Origin: Vicugna vicugna
Lineage: Eukaryota
Reading direction: 5' to 3'
NCBI GenBank assembly: GCA_013265495.1
Contig: MU058584.1
Span: forward strand, 7,344,407-7,408,406
DNA: 64,000 bases
This document shows positions 52,094-64,000 of this stretch, one piece after another. Every line of letters begins with the position of its first letter. Positions within the stretch are counted from its first letter, which is position 1. The notes under the pieces were generated by a model. It was given only the letters and a program-made list of their open reading frames with translations. It was not told the origin of the DNA and ran no database searches. A program made the position numbers and the translations under genes.

Positions 52094-54079
52094 ATGGGGC
52101 AGGCAGCTGTGCAATGAGATAGGAGAGGATGAAGAGTGTTGAGGCTGCAGGAGAAAAGAAGGGGAGGGAGTAGCATGCACAAAGGCATAGAGGTGGGGAA
52201 GAGCAGCGAGTACTCGTGGAGCAGAGAGCTGTGCGTTGGGAATGGAGACAAGGAAGTGGAGGGACGTGAGGCTGGGAGGAGAACTTGTGCCTGAACACAC
52301 CCTTGTTTAAAGTGGAATTGTTCTTGTTTACTTTCTTTAAAGAATTGTGATAAGAAAATAAATGAATTTAAAACACACATTTCTTGGGTTCATGTGCAGA
52401 AGGCTACACACAATGTAGCGGAGCATGTGTTAAATTGAGGTGCCCTGGATCTGAGGTAGGAAAACTTAGGTTGTCTACTTCATAGACGATCTCATGTGAA
52501 GGAGACATCCTGTCTATTGGCCAGTTGTATCTCAGCTTCTACTGCAGGGCCAGCCTGAGACTATTTTGGAGGGAACAGAGGCTGAGAGAGCAAAACTTGA
52601 CACTGAGTGTACATGTGATGGGTCATTTTCCAAAGGAGTTATGACATTTAAATTATCCATCCTTTTAAACTTTACATAATCTGCTCTACAAGTCTCAAAT
52701 ACTATGGATAAATACGTATTCACAAAGTGACAAAGAGAAAACATCTCGAACCACATCCAATTTTTTTTTTCTTACCATCAACAGGATTACTCAATTCTCC
52801 ATTAATTCTATTCCCTCTCCCTTAAAACCAGAATATTTTTGATAGAAAAACTATGTCTTGCTCTTTAGATGGGCAGAGCTAGTATTCAAACATGTCAATT
52901 TGATAAATGCAGTGAAACCAAATCACATTTCTTGGGAGGGGATTGGTCATAAAGTATTTTTACTTAGCCAAATATAGTACTTTTACCTGGCTTTTAAAAC
53001 TCCTTGCCAGATAAATTTTTGGTGAATGTAACTGCAAAAGCCAAAAGTAATTCAGTATTGCGGATTTCTGATTTATGTGCACACCAGCAGGAGGGATTGG
53101 TTGGTACTTTTATTCTGGAGTTAATTTGCCTATAAAATGATAAGAAGTGCACAGTGTCCTGAGTATAAGACATATTCATACTATGATGATTTAGGCCTTT
53201 AAATACACATAATTTGAAAAGCTTTTTTCCCAGTTGATTCTGTTAGATATTTGAATAATAGAAACCATCTTTACTTACTGAGGACCTGATGGTCCTTCTT
53301 TGTTCTGCTGACACTGTGTACTGATGACGTGCAAGGAATCCCTCCTTGTGGGGCAAACAAAGATAAATGCATAATGACTCTGTCTGCCTGCGCAGGAATG
53401 GAATTAAGTAAGAGCTCGGATCACTGCAGTGCAAAATAGGATGTTGGGGCTCAGAGAAGGAAGACCTCGCCAGCAGGACTGGAGAAGGCGAGCTGTAGGA
53501 AATGGTGGTTTTTGATCTGGTCTTTGAAGCACAGGTGGGATTTGGACAGGCTGAAATTGTAGGAAAGCTGAAATGAACATCATAGATGAAGGCAGAGACA
53601 TAGACTATTAATATGCATATGTTTGTGGAAAGGCAAACGGTCGGGTGCATGAAATGGAGGAGGAAGATAACTACAAAGGAAGATTAAGGTCAGACGGGAA
53701 ATTCTTTAATGTCAGACTAAACTGTGGATTTTATTCTGTATCCAATGCGGAGAAATTACCATAGAGTATGATTGCTACAGTACGATTAGAAATAGAGGTG
53801 AGCACAGGGTGCTAAGTAAATAACAAGGGGCATAGAATAAAGCCGTCATAAGGGAAGTGTTAAAGACATGTCTGAAAAGTGGGACCATAAAACTGAGTGT
53901 TGAACAAAGAGAAGTTCATCACAGAAGGGGAGGTGAGAAGAGGCAGGGAGGAGGGTGTAGGATGGGGAGGGGCACTTGCCAGTGCTGCAGCCTCTGGGCA
54001 CATCTCTGGGCACAGCGAACGGCAGGGTCAGGGCGCTCTTATTGTAGCTCTTCTCCACTGGCCTTTTGTTTAAGTGTGA

Positions 54080-54125
54080 ACACACACACACACACACAGA
54101 CACACACACGCACACACACACACAC
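54080..54125. repeat. (CA)n interrupted microsatellite
   Basis: Directly visible. Confidence 0.9.
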
Positions 54126-54784
54126 CTGCTTTCCTGAGCTCCATTATGACACCAAATTGAATTAGTTCTAGCCCAATGAAAAGCTACTTGCCATTTGGGT
54201 TATCACTTGTTATTTTTGTAAATTCACAATTGAGGCATCCTAGGCCCAAGCTAGTTCCACTCAACTGCCTTCTTTTTCCTCCAGGACCTCAAACTTGGAA
54301 CCAGTGAGCTCACTGTAATACAACCCTCTTGGAAAGAATAGATTGTGTCGTCCAGGAACACTGCTATTTCAGGGTTCAAAAAGTGAGGCTCATTTCCTAC
54401 TCCAAGAAGGACAAGAGAGGATTGCTTTTGGAATACTTGAGAAATATACATGAAATTTGGGGTGCCGTTTCTACCATACCATTCCCTTTTTATTGCTTTG
54501 AAACAGTGAGCTGAGAAAAATGACAGTTAGATATTAGTTAAGGTCACATTATAGGCCTTAAACATTTGGGGAGCTGTTTTTAGGTCATGTTAATCATCTA
54601 TAGAAGTGTATTAAAGATATTATAACCAATGATACTGTGGATAGAATAAATCATTGTGTAACTTTTAAACTAGGGTGTTACATGCTTTCTTTAAGTAGCA
54701 TGTTGATTAAAATATTTTTCAAAAGAGTATTCAGTAACCATTCGATTTAAAACATCTAATGTGCTGCTTTTTTCTTATATCCAG

Positions 54785-54923
54785 AACAGGGTTGTTTACT
54801 CCAGACATGGCATTCGAAGCAATAGTGAAAAAACAAATTGTAAAGCTGAAAGGGCCTTCCTTGAAGAGCGTAGATCTGGTGATACAAGAATTAATCAACA
54901 CTGTCAAGAAGTGCACCAAGAAA
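54785..54923 (+). CDS. DNM3: Dynamin 3 coding exon 10
   Basis: atccag|AACAGG...AAGAAA|gtaagt; 139 bp. (R)[46 protein letters not shown]. Confidence 0.97.
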
Positions 54924-55384
54924 GTAAGTTTGAATTATATAACTTCCCAACCAGTCACTACGTGGTTTACCCATCTTCCCTGCCCTCTACATGCCTCTTC
55001 TTACTTGCCCCTCAACTTTGTTGTAGAAGATTGTGTTTGCTCAAGGGGAAGGACTCTGAGAAGTACTGAGTGGGAATTGCTTTCAGTGATAGAGGGGCAT
55101 ATTGACTGCCGTCACTCCATTGCACCATCACCCTGTTGCAAATAGGGTTGCTTAAACCAGAAAGCGTCTAGAGTATGTTTTAATCAGCTAATTTTCTCCT
55201 TGTTGTCTTAATCAGGTAAACATCACTGTAGAACAATTAGGTGAATGCCCTAAACCAGTTTTTCCTGTGGTGCATGGATGGGAGTAGTTTTTACAAGAAG
55301 GGAATCATTGATATTATATGCATCAAAAAGAAAATTCATCTAAATTTTAAAACAATTCCACTTGTACCTGGACATTCTGGGACG

Positions 55385-55690
55385 GGGCAGTGTGGTGTGT
55401 AGTTCAGGGCCCAGCCTCTGAGGTCTGGTTATCTGGATTCAAATCCTGGCTCTGCTACTTACTTGCTGTGTGACCTTGAGCATCATACTTAATTCTTTAA
55501 GTCTTGTTAATTTTTCTGTGAAATGGGGATGGTAATAGTAATAGTAATAATAGTAGTAGTAGTAGTAGTAGTAATAGTAATAATAATACCACCAGCCCAT
55601 TGAGGATTAAACAAGATGATGCCTGAAACCCATGGGGCACTTAACACATTGATTAACCATAGTAAGTGCTCAGTAAATGGTGGCTAATCT
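55385..55690 (+). mobile_element. MIR SINE containing an expanded (AGT/AAT)n tract
   Basis: ctggattcaaatcctggctctgctacttacttgctgtgtgaccttgagc...aaatggggatggtaatagt; triplet repeat at 55532-55588. Confidence 0.85.
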
Positions 55691-58514
55691 ATAAATGGTC
55701 ATTTTCTTAGCACCCAGTATTTTTCACCTTGTAGTATTTATTGAATCTGTGAAGGTGACTGGTGGGGGAGAGACTTCCCAATCGGGAGGCACTTCACTGA
55801 GGAACATGGAGGAATTGTACTGGCTTCCATCCATTCCTCAGGGGCACGAAAGGGGTACCCTGCATTGGAAAATGTAAGAAGGGAATTGGTGATGATGTGA
55901 GGGTAGGGTAGGCCTGTCCCTCTGACAGTTAAGATTGTTCCTTTGATCATCTTTTGCATAGAGACTTCCAATTTTGTTAGTTGTGTTAGCCTTCTGTTTC
56001 TGTGTGGTTATTATGAGCTACTTTTCCTAAAAAACCAGTGAGAAGAGAGAGAGAGAATGAGAGACAGAGAACGTAAGTGAGTATGAACACTGGTTCCCAG
56101 TAACCTGGCTGAAAACTCAGGGGAAGAAGAAAAGGTGTAAGTGGTGGAGGAGGAAAGCAGGCTAAATTCCTAGATGTCAATGCTTTAAAAAAAAAAAAAG
56201 TTAAGTGAAACAGGCTTGGGGCCCGGAAGTGGCTCTGGAGCTTCAAAGACCTCTAGCCCTTGTACTGTTCTTCCACCTTGTTCATTAAAGTCCTGTGTTC
56301 TCTTCTCTAAAATGGGAAAAGCCTTAGGCGTTAAGGGAATGAGGAGAGGGAAAAGAATGCACGTGGGGAAGGAAGAAAAGCAGTCTTTATGCCAGCTTTT
56401 CATTTGGAAACTTGAAACCATTTAATAATACTTCACATCCCCACTGTCCTGGCCTGTCCCTCAAAATGCAGTCAGTCTTGTCACCTGTGAAGTATTGGCC
56501 CCCTCTTAACTGACGTGCAGAGTTAACTGATACTGCATTCTCTGTTAATCACATGGATTGCCACCCTCAGCATGCAGGTGTCTCCCTCAGCCAAAAGCTG
56601 TTTGCTAGGCTGCAAACCAGTTAAGCTGTCTTTTTTTTTCCCCCCAATGGCCAGTTATGTTATGTTTGTCCTCAAACGTGATTAGCCTGTTATACTTCTT
56701 ATTTTAGTTTTGTAGTTTAAATCAAGAGTAAATAAATTGATCAACCGCGGAAAAGCCTTTGAATTTTGTTTCCATAAAAACTCAGCTTTGGAATGACTTG
56801 ATAAAGGTTAGCTGCAAAAGCTTTGCATTCACTAGGTGTAGGTAGGATGAGGCTGAAAGACGAGGGGGAAGTTATAAAACCTAGCTGGGCTCTACACTCA
56901 GATTAGTTCTGAAGTATCTTCAGGTTTCTCCTCTACTTTAAAGAAAGCAAAACTGGAAATCATAGATGTAGGATGTGGTTTCTGTAAGACAGAAGATGCA
57001 TAACTCCAATCAGCAGATCCATATGCAGAGAACAGGCCTTGGCCTTACATCAAAAGATTGGCACATGTGTATACATTTATGTTTTAAGTTATATAAAGTG
57101 TTTATGGTATGTATGAATCATTTAAAAAAAATAATTTCCCATTGTATCCAACTTACTGGAAAACCAACAGTCGGTCTCGATGGCATGGGGTGAGACAGCT
57201 TGTTCCCGGACACTTCTTGGCTTTTATTCTTTGCTCTCCACCCTTTGAACCTCCCTTTCCATTAAGCTCTCAAGATCAATGGTGGTTGTATATTTGGACT
57301 GTCTCCTCAAAATATTTTATGTGTTGCCTTAAATAAAACCTAGTCTTCTCCCTGAAATTAGTGTTTACCCTTCAGATCTCTTCACTGAAGTATATTTATT
57401 GGCCAAAACTCAAAGAGTCTAAGGGCCTGGACCAGACATGACATTTGCCCACTTCTCCGTCTGTGGCTCCCAAACACTATTCCTTCACCTTCCCGTAAAG
57501 AGCCTTCCATTAGGGCCCAGGTGGTACCAGCTCTGCCACCCTTTTCTCTTCTATTCACTGTTACCATCATGTCCTGGTCACTCCCTTGCAGTCATCAAGA
57601 TATTTAGAACCTGGCTTACATTTTTCTTTTCCATCCTAAATTCACCTTCAACTTGGATGACTTCAGTAGAGACCATGTTCAGCACCCAATAGCTGTTGTT
57701 CTTGGAGATCTTTGACTCCAGTGGATCTCCATTCATTCCACACTCCATCCATCACTTCTGTGACCTCTTCTGGCCCTTGTCTTGATGGACAAGGGATTCT
57801 TCAGAAATTTTAAACTCTAAATCTAGGGTTTTTAGAACATCGATTACCCCTGCTACCCTTTGTAGGCTTTCAGTCAGTTGAAGAATTAGTAGAAAAGCTT
57901 AAAGGAGAATTGAAATTGAGTACCCATTTGGCTGCTGATAAATCTAGGTTGGAGAACGTGGCTGGGACTTGCTGTGGAAGTGGGAGCCTCCTGCTGCTTC
58001 CTTGTCTGGCAGTAAACCTTAGAGCCCACAGTGGCAGAGGGAGTGAGCTGTGCACCCGGATGCAGCCCGGCATCCTTTGGCTTGCCTCCCATCTCCGGGC
58101 TTCTATGGTGATAGAGCTGCCGGTAAGCAGGGACTTGGTGCACCCACCGCACGCGATGGGGGTCTTGGGCCAACACAGGTCAGGTCCTCACCATCTTACA
58201 AATCAACAGGTCTTTTCTTTTTTTCACTCCATTCCTGTGTATTGGAGAAAATTACAAGGGCTTCTCCCATGGTTCTTTCCCAGGAGGGCAGAAGCATGTG
58301 TGGAAGTTCCTGCTTTCTGAGTGAGGTATGTAGGGTGCTGGGAGGAGGAGGGGAGAAAGCAGGTCTTCCCAAACATGAAGTTCTTCCAGCTCCTCACGCC
58401 TGTACTCTCCCTATAACCAGTCTTTAAACTCAAAGAGACCTTCAGACCTTTGGCTTCTGTATTTTTCCTTCTGCTTACCTGTGTCCTCCTGATTTTATTA
58501 TCTTCTCTGACCAT

Positions 58515-59105
58515 TGTTTCAGTCTGGGTCTAATCAGAAGAAACCACACAGCCATTTGAACAGGGAACACTTACAAAAAAAAGTATTAACTATAACAGGA
58601 GCTTAGAGTAATGAGGGATTGGGTAGTAAGAAGTTAAGAGAAATACTGAATATAGGGACAGGAGCTGTGAGGAGCAGGTGCTAAGGTGCCACCTTTAGGG
58701 GGGCACCCAGGGAAGAGGGGCCCTGCCCAGGGCTAAGATTGGGACGTCCTTGAAGAGGGCACAGAGGTGGCTCACTGGATGGCAGCAAAGTTGCTGTCGT
58801 GCAGTGCTGCAGAACTTGCTGGAACTCTGCCCCCTGGAGCATGCTGGGAGGGACAGGCTGTCCGTGGGGGTGTCTCACTGGAGGCTCTCTGCTGCAGGCT
58901 GTTCGAGGTAGGGGCCTGGCAGGAGCCTGTTCCACCTGCCTTTTCCTCCCTCAGTCTCTCTCCAGGTCCAGTGCCTCTCCTGACAAAAGTTCACATGGTG
59001 CCAGCCAGCAAAGGAAAAATACTTAAAGGACCCAGACTTATTTTCACAGAGCGGGCAAGAAGGTTGCATTTGGAGCAGAGAGGCAATAAATTGACAACCA
59101 GTACA
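58515..59105. mobile_element. Solo LTR of an ancient ERV (family uncertain)
   Basis: GC-richer block bounded by TG...CA (tgtttcagtctgggtctaatcag...gaggcaataaattgacaaccagtaca); resembles eutherian LTR consensus sequences. Confidence 0.65.
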
Positions 59106-59429
59106 TTTACCTTTAACTTTCAGAGATATTACTTCCATTCCACTTGGATTAACTTTGCCAGCCTGCTGAAACTCCAAGGCTGGTCACGTTTACCATTGGT
59201 CTTTACTTCCCGTTCCCCCAGGTTGCTGAAGCGCTCGGAGATAGTGGTCTCTGTGTAGACTGGTGCCACGATATATCCGTGGTCCGAAGCATTGCACTTC
59301 TTTGTGACTTCCAGTGCTGTCCACAGTAGTGATGTTAAACTTTTAACACTCTCTTTAAGATGTTAAGTGTTCACCACTTTCAATAATGATTTTACAGAGA
59401 CAATAGGGGCTATGCACGGGAACATTAAT

Positions 59430-60855
59430 TTCTGACCCACAAACCTACCTGTATTCCCAGCCATGCCCCTCCTTCTGTCCATCTCTGCTGAGGTATTAAT
59501 ATGCCCAGGACTGGGCTTCTGCCTGTGCTCCCACATCCCTAAGGAACTTGCTCTTTGGATTCTTCTGTTCCTTGAATCATCACTGTTTCTATCACATTTA
59601 AAAATAAATCAATGTATAAATATATATTTATGTCTCTCCTAACTTCAAAGCAGTAATAAAAACCTGTCTGCTGCCCTGTTCCTCTGCTTTTCTCCATGGC
59701 CAGCCTTCTTGGGGGGAACAGTAGTTTATGCTTGCTGTTATCTTTGCTTTCTCATCTCCAGTGAATTCCTTAACCCCCTGAAATTTGCCTTCCACCCACC
59801 ACTCTATTGAAATAATTATGGCAAAGGTTAACCGGAGACTTGATCGCCAAATTCAGTAGACACTCTCATTCCTGGTACGGTATTCCATTCTCTTTTTGAA
59901 GCGGACAGCCCTTTCTCTCGGGTTCTCTTCCATCTTTCTCATGATTCTTCCTCCATCTGCTTCAGGAGTTTGTCCACCTCCACTTTCCTCTGAACCTTGG
60001 TTTCCTTCTCTACTCACTCTCCTTTCTCCCTGGCAGATCATATCTCCCTGAACTCCCAGAGCCCAGCTACCACCTGAAACATTGTGATTCCCGAATCAAT
60101 GCTTCTAGCTCAAGCCTTTTAACTGAAACGATGTACTCTACAGTCTACTGTAACTACCTTCTTTTCTTACTTAAGGTCCTAAACAGTTTTTTTTTTTTTA
60201 AACTAAATTACTCCAGTCAGGAGGCCTCTTAACTGATCTGACTACCTCTAGTCTGGTCATCCTCAAATTCATCCTCCCCACTGTTGTCAAAATGGCCCTT
60301 CTAAAATATGTACATATATTTTGCCTATTCCCTTAAAATTATTCAGTGGCTCCTTATATCTTAAGAAAGTTCAAATCATTTGCAGTTGTGTTTAGTTTCA
60401 CCATCTGATCTCTGAATACTTCTCCAGCTGCATCTGTTGTCACTATCTGCTTGCTTCAGCCATTCGAAGTGATTTACACTGTTCACAAAGATTTTTCATG
60501 CCTTTAACGTTTGCACGTGTGATTGTTTGTTTAGACAGTCTCCTTTCCCCTCCTGTCTTCCCCTGCCATCCCCCTCATTTTTTAAGATCCAGTTCAACAT
60601 CATTTTTCCTGCAGGGCCTCTGTGAACCCTTTCCTGGCCTCCATTCTCTCTCCTTCTCAGGGCTTTAATTGTCACCCTATGTTTACTTCTATCATAGCAT
60701 TTATGATCCTGCATTGCAATTTGTAATTTGTTTAGGTCAATGCCTTCTCTTGCTGATGATAAACGCCTTCTAAAAAAGAGCTATCTTTTATCTTCCTATC
60801 CCTGATACCTATCATAATGACTAACCCTATAGAAGAGGCATTCTATAAATAAAAT
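59430..60855 (+). mobile_element. LINE-2 fragments
   Basis: Pyrimidine-rich L2 text (tccacccaccactctattgaaataattatggcaaaggtt...gccaaattcagtagacac) with an L2-like tail near 60810-60855. Confidence 0.6.
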
Positions 60856-61135
60856 AAAGTTAACCTGATGCTAAAGAAATCTGTACTTGGTTTTAAAAGA
60901 GTATTTTAGTCATTCCTTTTTAAATAATAAAATTTGGGCAGTTTTACTTTCAAGTATCTCTCCTTTTCTTTATTCCTCAATTTCATGTTCCTGATTCTGG
61001 GGCCTTATTATGTCTACCTTCAACTTCTTTTACTTTAAAATGAATTAAAATCTTTTGCAGGGCAAAATTATCTTAATTAAAGTTGAATATACCAGGACTT
61101 TATTACTTGACCCCTTTTGAACATGAGCCATAGAT

Positions 61136-61262
61136 AAGGTGACCATATAATTTATACAGGACATTTTTGAGATTGATTGGGGGAGCTGTCAGTACTTTTA
61201 CTGGAATAATATGAGTAAACCAAGACTGCCCCAGACAATCTGAAATGTACAGTTACTCTCAC
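61136..61262 (+). mobile_element. MER94-like hAT-Blackjack element
   Basis: aaggtgaccatataatttat...caagactgccccagacaatctgaaatgtacagttactct. Confidence 0.65.
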
Positions 61263-62793
61263 TGTAATTGTGAATATATATCTATGTTTATATCTAGATA
61301 TAGATATAAAACTAAAACCAGTATTTTCACTTAGAGTTCCTCCTGTTGAATGTCTCATGTGGAAAATATTTAACTTTTTTTCCTTCAGCCACGTAAATAA
61401 ACATCAGTGAAAAACATGGGGTTTACGTGTGTCCACATAACAAAGCACAGAGCTAACCTGGGGGGCGCACTTCGTGGATGTTTTTTCACTATTGTCTCAG
61501 GGGTGCTCTCTGGGGGACAAGACAGGGACATAAGAGTTTCATGAGCTGCTTGGCTTCACTCCAGGGACAGCTCAACTCTGGAATTTTTCTGGTGGGCATC
61601 AGCTTTCAGCTGCTTTTCTCTACCTCCTCTTCTCCACAGCTTCATTGCAGGGGCCTGAGCTTCTTTGCAGGAAGCACTGAGAGGAACATCTTGTTTTTTT
61701 AACCAGAGTTTAGCAACTGTGCCATTTATTGGCCTCTTGGGAAGCCACATTCTTGGATCACCATCATACCAATTAACTGATTTTTTTTTTCTCCCCCTGC
61801 TTAGAAAAAAGAAAAAAGGTTTGCAGGGAAATAAAAAAGATAGGCTAGTTGGCTATTAGAAATACAGGGAAAGATTTTTCATTGGCAAGTGCTGTTAGAA
61901 GAAATGCTGAGTTTTGTGGTATGTTAAGTAAGTAAATATCTGGCCCTGAATACACACAACTAAGCAAGTGAATCCGAATCCCTTACCATGGCTTTCAGGG
62001 CCCTGCATGATCTTGCTCCTTTTCATCTCTAAACTCCTCCCAGTCTCCTTCCCCAGTGTCCATTCCAGCCCCACTGTTTTCCTTACTTCAACAGGTCAAG
62101 GAGGCGTGATGGCAGGGCCTTTGCAGTTCCCATTCTCTGTGTTGGAAATGCTCTGCCTCGAGATATCTGCAAGGGTCACATCCTGGCTTCTTTTGGGTCT
62201 TTGCTCAAATGCCACATAATCAGAGTCTTCCTCTGACTTTTCTGCCTACAACTGTGCATGTCTCCCTTTGAACACACACACACCTACAGACACCGCTTTC
62301 ATCTACTTAATGAAACTTTGTTTTTCTTTGACTTATACTATGCATGTCTTTTGTTTTTGTTGGTGTTGGACATTATAGGGACCTGGTGAATGCAGTCGCC
62401 ATGAGATTAGAGACTTGGTTTGTTAAACTTGTCACTCTACTCACAACCTCTATATAGCCAGGTTTTCAATAGTGATTATTGAGTGAATAATTGAAAGAAT
62501 ACATGAATCATGTCTCACTGACTTGGCAGGTGGTGATGAGTTTGGCTGAAGTAGCCACTTGAGTACCTTCCACGAATGTTTGTAGCATGAAGGAGACTAG
62601 TGGCCAAGCATCATGCTCAAGTAGGACTTTCTTTTAGGTCTGGATGGATCTGCTCTGGTTTTCACTCTGCATGCAAAGACTTGCATTTCATCTCTTCTAA
62701 TGGCTGGGTGTCCAGTCAAACCCTCTGTGCTGGGCTTTGTATGTAGTGGAAGCCTCGTGTAATGGGCCATGGTACTCAGTTTCCAATCAGGCC

Positions 62794-62930
62794 ATTATTA
62801 TTATTATTTTTTAATTGAAGTATAGTCAGTTTACAATGTTGTGTCAGTTTCTTGTGTACAGCATAGTAGTTCAGTCATACATGTACATACGTATATTCAT
62901 TTTCATATTCTTTTTCATTTTAGGTTACTG
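62794..62930 (-). mobile_element. LINE-1 3' tip
   Basis: ttttttaattgaagtatagtcagtttacaatgttgtgtcagtttcttgtgtacagcatagt, the same terminus type as at 23561. Confidence 0.8.
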
Positions 62931-64000
62931 CTAAGACCTTACTTAGATCTTCCTAGACTTCCTGTATGCCACTCCTAAAATACAGAATCGTCAATAAACA
63001 ATTTTCCCATTTACTCTTGTGCAATTTATTTACCTCTTTATACTAGAATTGTTTCTCATCTTTGATCACTTTTGTAAATGTGAATACTTCTGTTTTTCCT
63101 CTTTTTCCGTAACAACTGTGTTCTGTCCAAGTAAGTGTTTCCTCATCTCCTGAATAAATCCAACATTATGCTAAACACAAAAATCACTAGGGATTTTGGG
63201 GGCAGATTTTAATTCCCATAAATGGAATAAAATTATTGTACACTTTTGTAAGCAGTGAAATCATTATTGCTACTCAGTTTGTAGTGAGTAGCCAACATTG
63301 GATGGTTTATAACATTTTGATCAAAACAGAGCCCACCTCTTTAGATCAGCCAAACCAATCAACTCAAGTCATGTGCATAAAAGAAATTTTGTTCTGGTTT
63401 TAGTTTATTTTTTCAGTGATGTTTGATGTGAAACTATGAACAGATGGTTACCTAATAACCTGAGTCTTTGCTGGAGGCTATGAACTAGTTATTCTTGAAG
63501 GTATAGAAAGCTTGTCTGGTCTTGTGCCCGTTCCAAGAGAAACCAAACAGCACGGCTCTCATTATCTGACTAATCAATGGTTAATACATTTTGTAAGAGT
63601 TTAATTTTTGTTTTATTGGATAGAAATGCCTCTCAAGTGATTTTTTTTTCCTCTAGGGAAAAATGTGGTCCAAGCTTAAAATTAAATTTTTATAATGAAG
63701 TCCCATCAAAATAATTCAACACGACCCTAAATAATACTAAAGACATTGGATTTTATTAAAACATGTTTTTGTATTTTAAAAAGTTATGGTGCTACTATCT
63801 CTCAGAACATGTATATTTGAAGTTTTCTCTTAAAATTATATATTTAAAATTTTGACTCCTAAAGTCATATATATTGTATTATTTCTCCATTGACTCTTCT
63901 TTGTTATTTAAGAATATTCAACATAATTACAATGTAAGCTATGTAGAAGTAATTTACCATTTAATAGATGCTCAGCTTTGTCTGGAAGCTTCACTGTCAT

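Noticed and set aside
58681..59258. Cluster of 75-163 aa ORFs
   Set aside because: They lie in a GC-rich LTR-like element with no recognisable domain or exon structure.

Overview
Mammalian genomic DNA, probably camelid because of two tRNA-Ala-type SINEs resembling Vic-1. The whole window lies inside the dynamin 3 gene (DNM3, + strand). It holds eight internal coding exons, exons 3-10 by the standard dynamin numbering, of 150/204/99/161/143/136/68/139 bp. They join in frame and encode most of the GTPase domain and the start of the middle/stalk domain. Intron 9 has a non-canonical GC donor. The rest is intron rich in L1, L2, MIR, Tigger/MER DNA transposons, LTR remnants and microsatellites. The most unusual signal is a cluster of decayed exon-like segments in intron 2 (about 6.0-11.0 kb). 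Their peptides are collinear with a CNBD2-like cyclic-nucleotide-binding-domain protein, which suggests a nested unprocessed pseudogene; this is speculative and needs a homology search. Other observations are a ~310 bp tandem duplication with an apparently templated junction, three CTCF-like motifs, an L1 with a 5' inversion and a doubly truncated L1. Repeat family names and protein comparisons come from recalled consensus sequences, not database searches.
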